Source: Minisyncoccia bacterium
GTDB lineage: Bacteria > Patescibacteriota > Minisyncoccia > Phycocordibacterales > UBA9973
Direction of reading: 5' to 3'
Assembly (NCBI GenBank): GCA_038323465.1
Contig: JBBQGX010000003.1
Location: forward strand, 1 to 34,779
DNA length: 34,779 nucleotides
Made by a program: the position numbers and the translations under genes. Positions 1-7,405 of the stretch are shown one piece after another. Below the pieces are notes generated by a model, which worked only from the letters and a program-made list of their open reading frames with translations, made no database searches and was not told the origin of the DNA. Within the stretch, counting starts at the first letter, position 1; the number at the start of each line of letters is the position of its first letter.

Positions 1-8
1 ACTTTTAC

Positions 9-1742
9 TTACATTTTTTCTGGAGTTTCAATACCGAGTAAATACAAACCATTTTTCATAGTTTGATAAAAAGATTTAATCAAATCTAATTGATAGACAA
101 CATGAGGGTTATTCTCTTCTAAAATTTTAGTGTTACCATAGAAAGAATTAAAAGAACTTGCAAGCTGTGTCAGATAAGTAGCGACGTGATGTGGCTCAAG
201 GGCAAGATAAGCCTTTTCTACTACTTCAGGAAATTGATAGAGTAAATGTTCTAACTCTGTAATTTCTTCTGGAAATTTATTTAGTGATTGGTAATCAGTA
301 ATTGGTAATTGCTGTTCTTTCGCTTTGCGAAGAATAGCAGCAGCTCGAACAGCTGTGTATTGAAGATATGGGCCAGAATCACCCTCGAAAGATATAGACT
401 TTTCAAAATCATAAATAATATCTGACCCGAGAGATGATTTCAATATTGAATATTTCAAAGCTGAAACTCCTACAATTTTTGAAATATTTTCTTTCTCTTC
501 GTCTGTGAATTCTCTTGTCTCAACTTTTTCTCGGACAACATCCATGGAGTCACGAAGTAGAGACTCACCTGTAACAACATTCCCCATTCTCGAAGACATC
601 TTCCCATTCGCGAAACGCATCATACCGTGAGCAATATGCTTCATCCTACTTTCTAAATCTGGGTGTAAAAGTGAAAGAGCCTTCTGCACAACTTTAAAAT
701 ATTCAGCTTGTTCTGTGGCTGTCACGACAATAGAAGTATCGGGATTCTCCTTTTCAAACTTTGTCATTGTCAGACCTATCTCTTTCGTCTCATAAGTAGG
801 AAGTCCTTGTGAGTTTATAAATACTCTAGTGTGCAACTTCTTATCAAAATTCTCACCGTGAAAAACTACGGCTCCATCTGATTCACTAAATGTTTCTCCA
901 GTATTTGCACGGACTATCTTCTCTCCAATAGGAGCCATCTCACTTTCAAAAAAATAATATTCAAATTTTGTTCCAAGAATTTTATATATTTCTTCAAATG
1001 CATCGAGTGTCACCCTTCTTCCCCAATCATATATTTTATTTATTTCACCATCACTCTTGTCATAAACTTTTTTATTTATAATTTCTATTTCTTTTTTAGC
1101 ATTTTCATCTGTATCATATAAATTACTACCTTTTGAATAACACTCACCAATATATTGAGCCTGGAGAGATATCGATATACTACTATCTGGTAGGCCTCTC
1201 TTCTGTATCCCATAGATAGCTTTTGCTACATGAGGACCAACATCTCCCTGATAGTTTGCATGAACTGTCTTTGCTCCAGAGAAACTTACAATCCTCGCTA
1301 CAGATTCACCGATAGCATTCGTCATTAGATGTCCTATGTGAAAAGGTTTAAAAGGATTTGGGTCTGTATATTCAACCATAATCTTTTTTCCTTCTGATAG
1401 ATTATTCTTTCCCCAGTTCTCACCCTTATTTAAGATATCTTTTATACTTTCTGTAAAAAATTCACGTGATAAATAGAAGTTTATAAACCCCGGTCCGGCA
1501 ACTTGAATTCCCTGTATAGACCCCCTCCCAGCCTCCCCCTTAGTAAGGGTGAGGAGAACTTCAACTATTTTTTCAGCTAATTCTTTTGGATTGGTCTTTA
1601 TTTCTTTAGCACAAACCATCGCTACATTTGTAGAATAATCCCCCATTTTTAAATCTGCAGGATGTTCCACACTAAAATTACCTTCTGGTATCCCAAGATT
1701 TTTCAAAGCTTCCTGTATTAATTTTTCTATTTGTTCTTTCAT
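9..1742 (-). CDS. argS: Arginine--tRNA ligase
   Basis: 577 aa; GDYSTNVAM, GPGFINF, HIGH motif (PFHIGHL), KMSSRMG, GDSGPYLQY and C-terminal DALR-type anticodon-binding region. Confidence 0.97.
   Translation of the reverse strand: MKEQIEKLIQEALKNLGIPEGNFSVEHPADLKMGDYSTNVAMVCAKEIKTNPKELAEKIVEVLLTLTKGEAGRGSIQGIQVAGPGFINFYLSREFFTESIKDILNKGENWGKNNLSEGKKIMVEYTDPNPFKPFHIGHLMTNAIGESVARIVSFSGAKTVHANYQGDVGPHVAKAIYGIQKRGLPDSSISISLQAQYIGECYSKGSNLYDTDENAKKEIEIINKKVYDKSDGEINKIYDWGRRVTLDAFEEIYKILGTKFEYYFFESEMAPIGEKIVRANTGETFSESDGAVVFHGENFDKKLHTRVFINSQGLPTYETKEIGLTMTKFEKENPDTSIVVTATEQAEYFKVVQKALSLLHPDLESRMKHIAHGMMRFANGKMSSRMGNVVTGESLLRDSMDVVREKVETREFTDEEKENISKIVGVSALKYSILKSSLGSDIIYDFEKSISFEGDSGPYLQYTAVRAAAILRKAKEQQLPITDYQSLNKFPEEITELEHLLYQFPEVVEKAYLALEPHHVATYLTQLASSFNSFYGNTKILEENNPHVVYQLDLIKSFYQTMKNGLYLLGIETPEKM
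1521..1556 (-). repeat. GC-rich 36-bp palindromic mini-element in frame inside argS (encodes LLTLTKGEAGRG)
   Basis: ccccctcccagcctcccccttagtaagggtgaggag; stem 1532-1541/1545-1554 pairs 9 of 10; GC far above the surrounding gene; lies just before the VAGPGFINF motif. Confidence 0.7.
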
Positions 1743-1787
1743 ATTTAATTGAAGATTTTCAAATTATTTTATAAAAAAATGTCTGGC

Positions 1788-1819
1788 CCCTCGTCCTCCC
1801 TCGTCCGAGGACTTTTTTT
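1788..1819. repeat. GC-rich hairpin with 9-bp direct repeat between dut and argS
   Basis: gtcctc(1793-1798)/gaggac(1807-1812) followed by T7 on +; ccctcgtcc at 1788 and 1798. Confidence 0.5.
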
Positions 1820-1855
1820 AGAATATAATTTGTAAATCTTTTAAATCCAATTTAA

Positions 1856-2278
1856 TTATTTTCTCCCAGTACTTCCAAACCCTCCCTCCCCCCTATCTGA
1901 TTCACTCAAACTATCAGTTTCCTCAATTTCCGCAATAGCTACTGGAAAAATAACAATTTGAGCAACTTTATCTCCCTCTTCTACAGTATAGGGTTCACTG
2001 CCAAGATTTACAAGGTGCGTATTGTATTCACCCCTATACCCAGCATCAAATACGCCCCCCATAGAACTAAGCCCTGCTTTTGAAATACTACTTTTGTCTT
2101 TTACAATAGCAGCATACCCTACTGGGAATTCCATAGCAAAACCATGCCAAAAGAAACGATGATCCCCTGGTGCGAGTGTATAAGTCTCCATAGAATACAC
2201 ATCCATACCAACATCACCAATATGGTGATACTTTGGTAACTTTGCTCCTTCTTTTAATTTTTTAATTTTGATTAACAT
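1856..2278 (-). CDS. dut: dUTP diphosphatase (trimeric dUTPase)
   Basis: 140 aa; GDVGMDV, KSS, GVFDAGYRGE, DKVAQIV and C-terminal RGEGGFGSTG motifs. Confidence 0.96.
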   Translation of the reverse strand: MLIKIKKLKEGAKLPKYHHIGDVGMDVYSMETYTLAPGDHRFFWHGFAMEFPVGYAAIVKDKSSISKAGLSSMGGVFDAGYRGEYNTHLVNLGSEPYTVEEGDKVAQIVIFPVAIAEIEETDSLSESDRGEGGFGSTGRK

Positions 2279-2281
2279 TTA

Positions 2282-2989
2282 TTATTTAACTATTTTTTTA
2301 ACTTTTTCATAAACCATATCGTGAATGGCTTCACGAGAAAGTATTCCACTTTTATCTGAGCAGTCAATTTTAGTCCAGCCTTTCTGTGTTTCGGCAAGCC
2401 AGAGAGCACTTTTGATAGAATTATTTAGATGTTCAGTATCACTCTCAGCGACATCTTTATTCTTCTTTAGATATTCTCTTTTCATCTGACTACTTTCTCT
2501 CTTTTCTAAAAGCTCTAGAACTATCTTAATGGGTAAACTTAAATATACAGTTAAATCAGGGCGAGGAATACCAAAGACTTCATATTCCATCTTGTTGAGC
2601 CACCCTATAAAACTATTACGTTTTTTTGTATTACTTATTTTTCCTCCCTGATGAATCTGATTCGCTGATACGTAACGATTGGCAATCACAACATAACCCT
2701 TCTTAAGCCATCCTTCTAATTCCTTACTAGATTCCCATCTATCTGCAGCATATAAAACAGATGCTATTTTTGGATGAACATGCAAGAAATTATAATATTG
2801 TTCTGAAAGACAATGACCGATAAATTCACCAAAAAAGTTTTTGTAATACTCTGGAAAATCAACAATCTTTACAGTATGACCCTCTTTTCTTAAATGCTTC
2901 ATCAACAAATCCACTTGGGTAGCTTTCCCACTGCCATCTGTTCCATCTATCACTATTAGTTTTCCTTTGTATTTTTTATTTTTTATCAT
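2282..2989 (-). CDS. tmk: Thymidylate kinase family protein
   Basis: P-loop IDGTDGSGKATQ, LYAADR, RYVSAN; start moved to ATG 2989 (MIKNKK), overlapping the NUDIX stop (track start 3019). Confidence 0.9.
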   Translation of the reverse strand: MIKNKKYKGKLIVIDGTDGSGKATQVDLLMKHLRKEGHTVKIVDFPEYYKNFFGEFIGHCLSEQYYNFLHVHPKIASVLYAADRWESSKELEGWLKKGYVVIANRYVSANQIHQGGKISNTKKRNSFIGWLNKMEYEVFGIPRPDLTVYLSLPIKIVLELLEKRESSQMKREYLKKNKDVAESDTEHLNNSIKSALWLAETQKGWTKIDCSDKSGILSREAIHDMVYEKVKKIVK

Positions 2990-3404
2990 AATAATTCTTG
3001 CCTGTTTTATATGAATCAATTGTTATTTTAGTTGGATAAAAAAGAGGAGAAGGAAGTTCTTCGAGAAAATACCAACTCCAATCGCCAATTCTTTCTTTTG
3101 GATCCGTTCTTTCGTTCCCTTCTTCCCAATCTGCTTTAAAAGAAATAAGAATATCGTGTCGATAAGAATATCGATCAATATTTGCGACACTTAAAAATTC
3201 AATATTTTTTATTTTTATTCCTGCTTCTTCTTCTGTTTCTCTTCTAATAGCACTTTTAAAACTTTCCATATAATCTATCCGACCACCAGGAAAAGAATAC
3301 TCTCCTGTGGCATGTTTGCCACTTCTTTTACCAAGAAGGACTTTTCCGTCTTTCCAAATCATCACTCCGACACATGGTTGTATCTCTTTACTTAAATCCG
3401 TCAT
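2976..3404 (-). CDS. NUDIX hydrolase (MutT/NUDT15-like nucleotide sanitiser)
   Basis: 142 aa; Nudix box GGRIDYMESFKSAIRRETEEEAGI; VLLGKR upstream. Confidence 0.9.
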   Translation of the reverse strand: MTDLSKEIQPCVGVMIWKDGKVLLGKRSGKHATGEYSFPGGRIDYMESFKSAIRRETEEEAGIKIKNIEFLSVANIDRYSYRHDILISFKADWEEGNERTDPKERIGDWSWYFLEELPSPLFYPTKITIDSYKTGKNYYDKK

Positions 3405-3407
3405 AAT

Positions 3408-3740
3408 CTAAAAATTATAAATTTTAATAAATCTTTTAATTACAATAAAACCATAACCCCATAGAAATGGTAGCCATAATGGCATTAAGCCAAACAAAGT
3501 ATTCCTTTCAAAAACTTCTACTTTAGTGCTAGTAAAAATAATCTCTGAAATTATCATGATAAAAAAACCTAAGAAAAATAATTTAATTTCTTTACTTTCT
3601 TTCTTGATAGAAAAAGAAATAAATATTATTAAAATATACAAAAATGTCAAAATATAATCATTTAAAATAAAAGGAATCAATCCAATCATCAAAACTAATG
3701 GGATTATATTTAGAAAAGTAATTTTTATCTTATTTCCCAT
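3408..3740 (-). CDS. Small integral membrane protein, unknown function
   Basis: 110 aa, about four hydrophobic segments, PLWLPFLWGY; 1-3 bp gaps to neighbours in the operon. Confidence 0.75.
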   Translation of the reverse strand: MGNKIKITFLNIIPLVLMIGLIPFILNDYILTFLYILIIFISFSIKKESKEIKLFFLGFFIMIISEIIFTSTKVEVFERNTLFGLMPLWLPFLWGYGFIVIKRFIKIYNF

Positions 3741-3741
3741 A

Positions 3742-4959
3742 TTATTTTCTTAAAATCTTATCCATCTTTATTGCGAGTTTGACCATATCAGTTTCCTTTT
3801 TACCACGAGTAGTTTCTGCGCAAGTTCCTAGACGGATTCCTGATGGATCCATAGGTCCTCGTGGGTCACCGGGGATAGTATTCATGTTTACGATGATGCC
3901 TGCTTTCTCCAAGCGCTCACTTGCATCTTTCCCAGGGATCCCCTTGCCTTCCATCCATGTATCCATAAGTATAAGATGTGAATCAGTACCACCTGAGATA
4001 ATATGCCAGCCGAGCTTTTGTAATTCTTTTGCTAAAACTTTCGCATTCTTCACAACTTGTTTTGCATACTTTTTAAATGCTGGGGTATCTGCTTCTTTTA
4101 AGGCGACAGCAACAGCCGCAATATTGTTCTCATGTGGACCACCGAAAAGTCCTGGAATAACCATCTTGTCTAATTTTTTATCAAAACCTCTCTCATCCTT
4201 TTTCACAAAAAGAATCGCTTGGCGTGGTCCACGAAGACTCTTGTGAGTCGTCGTCATGACAGAATCAGCATAAGGGAATGGTGATGGATAAGCTCCACCT
4301 GCTACAAGTCCCGCAAAATGTGACATGTCCACATGGAGAAGTGCTCCGCATGCGTCAGCTATTTCTCTGAATTTCTTGAAATCTACAATGCGAGGATATG
4401 CAGTGAATCCAGCTACGATAATATTGGGTTTCTCTTCTATTGCAAATTTCTTTAGTGCATCATAATCTATAACTTCAGTTTTAGGATCGAGTTCAAATTG
4501 TGCAGGCTTCCAAAGCTTCCCCGTCATAGATCCTGGATATCCGTGAGTAAGGTGACCACCTGCTGATAACTTCATACCCATTATTTTTCCACTGACTGGA
4601 ACTAAGGCAGAATACAAAGCAAAGTTTGCAGGAGAGCCTGAGAGAGGTTGGACGTTCACATGCCAAAAATCACCAGATTTTTGGTCCTGAACTTTTTTAG
4701 TGAAGGACTTATCACCACCTTTTAGTTTGAAAAGTTTCAAAGCTCTATCCATACAAAGTTGCTCCACTTTATCTACAACTTGATTTCCACCATAATATCT
4801 TCTTCCTGGATAACCTTCTGCATATTTATTTGTAAGCTTAGAACCAAGTGCACGAAGAACATCGTCAGAAACAATGTTCTCTGATGCTATTAAATTGATG
4901 ACACTCTTCTGTCTCTTCTCCTCTTCTTTAATTAATTTTTCTATTTGTTTGTCTTTCAT
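3742..4959 (-). CDS. glyA: Serine hydroxymethyltransferase
   Basis: LIASEN, NKYAEGYPGRRYYGG, GGHLTHG, PLP lysine TTHKSLRGPR, GGTDSH, SGIRLGT; probable start ATG 4959 (MKDKQ) rather than TTG 4986. Confidence 0.97.
   Translation of the reverse strand: MKDKQIEKLIKEEEKRQKSVINLIASENIVSDDVLRALGSKLTNKYAEGYPGRRYYGGNQVVDKVEQLCMDRALKLFKLKGGDKSFTKKVQDQKSGDFWHVNVQPLSGSPANFALYSALVPVSGKIMGMKLSAGGHLTHGYPGSMTGKLWKPAQFELDPKTEVIDYDALKKFAIEEKPNIIVAGFTAYPRIVDFKKFREIADACGALLHVDMSHFAGLVAGGAYPSPFPYADSVMTTTHKSLRGPRQAILFVKKDERGFDKKLDKMVIPGLFGGPHENNIAAVAVALKEADTPAFKKYAKQVVKNAKVLAKELQKLGWHIISGGTDSHLILMDTWMEGKGIPGKDASERLEKAGIIVNMNTIPGDPRGPMDPSGIRLGTCAETTRGKKETDMVKLAIKMDKILRK
4669..4717. repeat. 42-nt in-frame insertion in glyA: hairpin bracketed by a 7-bp direct repeat
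   Basis: atcacca at 4669-4675 and 4711-4717; between them gtcct-ga-act-ttttt-agt-ga-aggac. Confidence 0.6.
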
Positions 4960-5040
4960 TTGATTTCGCGAAATCATGTCGCGCAATCGTCCGCTAAGCG
5001 CGACGATAGATTAGATTATTAATAGGCCAATTTTACCACA
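4960..5040 (-). promoter_or_regulatory. glyA promoter (extended -10) and structured 5' leader
   Basis: TGgTAAAAT on minus at 5038-5030; leader holds perfect palindrome 4961-4976 and GC-rich stems at 4978-5007. Confidence 0.55.
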
Positions 5041-5052
5041 ATAGATAAAAAC

Positions 5053-5082
5053 AAAAAAGTCGACAATGTTGCCGACTTTTTT
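5053..5082 (-). terminator. Intrinsic terminator after the deaminase gene
   Basis: aaaaaagtcggcaa-ca-ttgtcgactttttt on minus; G-U pair favours the minus strand; directly after the stop codon. Confidence 0.85.
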
Positions 5083-5595
5083 TTATTCAAATTGATGTCG
5101 TATAATGTTACTTGGTTCATCTTTATTAAAGAGTATTTCACTTTTTTCTAAAAGATAAACATTGTTGATACCAACTGATATCATAGTATTCCAGCATGGT
5201 TCACAACACCACCAATGCCCCCAAAGATAAACATCTGCTCCTGTTAGATCATTTCCTTTACTAATAGCATCCTGGATAGCTTTTGCTTCACCGTGATTAT
5301 TTGGACTACATCCATCACAAAGTTCATATCCTACACCAGTAGGCATATTGTGTTCTTTTCTGTAACAACCATGTTTTTCATGATAATCACTTCCATTTGC
5401 GCCAATACCAATAATTTTATTATTTTTTACTATCACACTAGCATTAGGCATAGATTTATCTAAAGAATTTTCTTTAGCAAAATTTTTAGCTGTTTGCATA
5501 AACTCATTATCCTCTGTCACATAAAGAATAGTGCGTCCTTCTGGTAAATAAGGATAAACTACTTTATTACTTTCTGTTTTTGTTTCCTTTTCCAT
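5083..5595 (-). CDS. dCMP deaminase family zinc-dependent deaminase (ComEB/DCD-like)
   Basis: 170 aa; HGE catalytic motif, WWCCEPC (CxxC), GCYR...PTGVGYELC segment typical of dCMP deaminases. Confidence 0.85.
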   Translation of the reverse strand: MEKETKTESNKVVYPYLPEGRTILYVTEDNEFMQTAKNFAKENSLDKSMPNASVIVKNNKIIGIGANGSDYHEKHGCYRKEHNMPTGVGYELCDGCSPNNHGEAKAIQDAISKGNDLTGADVYLWGHWWCCEPCWNTMISVGINNVYLLEKSEILFNKDEPSNIIRHQFE

Positions 5596-5623
5596 AAATT
5601 GATTATAATGTATAATACATTAT
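5596..5623. promoter_or_regulatory. 28-bp divergent double promoter, both leaderless-type
   Basis: TATAAT 5611-5616 (+) 7 nt before thyA ATG; TATAAT 5607-5602 (-) 6 nt before deaminase ATG; 8-bp inverted repeat ataatgta-taa-tacattat. Confidence 0.7.
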
Positions 5624-6472
5624 ATGACAACTTTTGATATAATATACAAAAATTTAATAAAAAAAATAATGGAAGACGGGATAGAAGAATTAAACGAAAG
5701 AACTGGTCATAAAATAAAAATTTTACCAGGACTTACTTTCCAAACAGATATAGGAAAAGATGGTTTTCCTGTTTTAACTTTACGGAAAAATCCAATAAGG
5801 TCCCCTATCGCTGAACAAGTATGGTTTATCACTGGTGATAAAGATACAGAATTTTTAAGAAAATACACAAAAATGTGGGATGAGTTTATTGAGGAAGATG
5901 GAACAATTACTTCTGCTTACGGATATCGATGGCGACATCATTTTAAAAGAGACCAACTAGACCAATTAATAAAACATCTAACAGAAGAACCTCATTCAAG
6001 ACAAGGAGTAGTCATCACTTGGGACCCAAGTGATGATGGTTTGTATGGAAAAGGATTAAAAGCCACTTATAAAAAGAATGCTCCTTGCCCATTTGCGTTT
6101 ACTGTAAATATAATTGGGGGTAGACTTCATTTACATAACATAATCCGTTCAAATGATATGATGCTCGGATGTCCTTTTGATACTTTTGGGTTTAGTCTCC
6201 TTATGTGTACACTCGCTCAAAAACTTGGGGTTAAGCCAGGAATTTATACTCACACAATTTCAAACGCTCATATATACGATACACACTATGAAGGAGCTAT
6301 TGAATTAATAAAAAGAGAAAATGATCATCCAAATATATATCCAATACTACCAAATAATATTTACGATAGAGCAGAGAAAAAGGACGAGACATTGGTTGAT
6401 GAAATATTCCAATCTTTCAAACCATTTTATAACCCAAGTGAACCAATAGAAGGTCTTGATATAATAAAATAA
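5624..6472 (+). CDS. thyA: Thymidylate synthase family enzyme with Asp at the Asn177 position (possible dCMP methylase)
   Basis: 282 aa; ELNERTG, EQVWFITG, AYGYRWR, SRQ, catalytic PC (C155), RSND, NAHIY; D186 aligns with E. coli N177. Fold confident, substrate uncertain. Confidence 0.9.
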   Translation: MTTFDIIYKNLIKKIMEDGIEELNERTGHKIKILPGLTFQTDIGKDGFPVLTLRKNPIRSPIAEQVWFITGDKDTEFLRKYTKMWDEFIEEDGTITSAYGYRWRHHFKRDQLDQLIKHLTEEPHSRQGVVITWDPSDDGLYGKGLKATYKKNAPCPFAFTVNIIGGRLHLHNIIRSNDMMLGCPFDTFGFSLLMCTLAQKLGVKPGIYTHTISNAHIYDTHYEGAIELIKRENDHPNIYPILPNNIYDRAEKKDETLVDEIFQSFKPFYNPSEPIEGLDIIK

Positions 6473-6476
6473 CATT

Positions 6477-7001
6477 ATGATTCTATCTATAATTTCTGCT
6501 ATCGCAAATAATAATGAAATAGGAAGGAAGAATGAGCTTCTGTGGGATTTACCTATAGATATGAAGCATTTTAGAGAGACAACTTCAGGTCATCCTATCA
6601 TAATGGGTCAGCGTACATACGAGTCTCTTGGAACTGATTCTAATGGTTTGCCAGGGAAACCACTCCCAAACAGGAGAAACATAGTTCTTACCCTTGATAA
6701 AGATTTCAAAAGAGAGGGTATTGAAATATATTACTCAATCGAGGATTTAGAAAAAGTGCTAAGTGAAACAATGCAAGAAAATGAAGAGGCTTTTATCATT
6801 GGAGGAGGAATGATATATAAACTCTTTATAGATAAAGCAGACAAACTTTACATCACACATGTCAACGCAGAATTCGGAGATGCTGATACACTCTTCCCTG
6901 TTATAGATAAAGATAGATGGAAAGTAATATCTGAAGATAAACATGAAAAAGACGAAAAAAATATTTATGATTGCAATTTTGTAATTTATGAAAAAATATA
7001 A
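6477..7001 (+). CDS. folA: Dihydrofolate reductase
   Basis: 174 aa; IG.KNELLW.LP.DMKHF, IMGQRTYES, PLPNRRNIVLT, IIGGG, DADTLFP; 4 bp after thyA. Confidence 0.96.
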   Translation: MILSIISAIANNNEIGRKNELLWDLPIDMKHFRETTSGHPIIMGQRTYESLGTDSNGLPGKPLPNRRNIVLTLDKDFKREGIEIYYSIEDLEKVLSETMQENEEAFIIGGGMIYKLFIDKADKLYITHVNAEFGDADTLFPVIDKDRWKVISEDKHEKDEKNIYDCNFVIYEKI

Positions 7002-7038
7002 AAAAATCCCCGCTAATTTCATTAGCGGGGATTTTTTT
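7000..7038. terminator. Bidirectional intrinsic terminator between convergent folA and MazG-like gene
   Basis: Perfect 18-bp inverted repeat aaaaaaatccccgctaat-ttc-attagcggggattttttt. Confidence 0.92.
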
Positions 7039-7366
7039 ATGGATCTATATCTGTTTTTTCTCTTATAAATACATCTTTACCGTCTGGGGATTTTGATTTT
7101 ATATATTTACGATTTTTATTCTTTTCTATTTTTTCAACTAATTCTTTTTCTAAATCATAACCGAGAATTTCACACATTCCAAGTATAAATATTGCAACAT
7201 CAGCAAATTCTTCAGCCACACCATCCTGACTTTTACTGAACTTAGAATAAGCCTCTGACAGCTCTTCATGGGCACGACAAAATTCTACTGCAACATCAGT
7301 AGTATTGAAACCTTTCTCTAGCTTATTTCTCATTACTTCCTTTTGTAATTCTTTAAGATCTATCAT
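7037..7366 (-). CDS. MazG-like all-alpha NTP pyrophosphatase (DCTPP1/RS21-C6-like size)
   Basis: 109 aa; EELSE...EEFADV acidic metal-binding motif, KIEKNKNRKY tail; TATAAT (7378-7373) 6 nt before ATG. Confidence 0.85.
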   Translation of the reverse strand: MIDLKELQKEVMRNKLEKGFNTTDVAVEFCRAHEELSEAYSKFSKSQDGVAEEFADVAIFILGMCEILGYDLEKELVEKIEKNKNRKYIKSKSPDGKDVFIREKTDIDP

Positions 7367-7405
7367 AAATTTATTATATTATGTTTCTTAAAAATATGCG
7401 AGTCT

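Noticed and set aside
1743-1855. T-box riboswitch upstream of argS
   Set aside because: Only 113 bp, with no T-box consensus or specifier stem recognisable.
3779-4246. 155-aa + strand ORF
   Set aside because: Antisense shadow of glyA, which has all SHMT motifs.
4960-4986. N-terminal extension MRDMISRNQ of GlyA from the ORF track
   Set aside because: It lies in the GC-rich palindromic leader and starts at TTG; MKDKQ at 4959 fits the usual SHMT start better.
4960-5040. Known ZTP/THF/glycine riboswitch before glyA
   Set aside because: Conserved motifs of these classes were not found by eye and the leader is short; an Rfam search is needed to be definitive.
5624-6472. Prophage origin for the thyA/dut/deaminase/MazG cluster
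   Set aside because: No integrase, structural or replication genes; flanked by argS and ordinary cellular genes with host-like composition.
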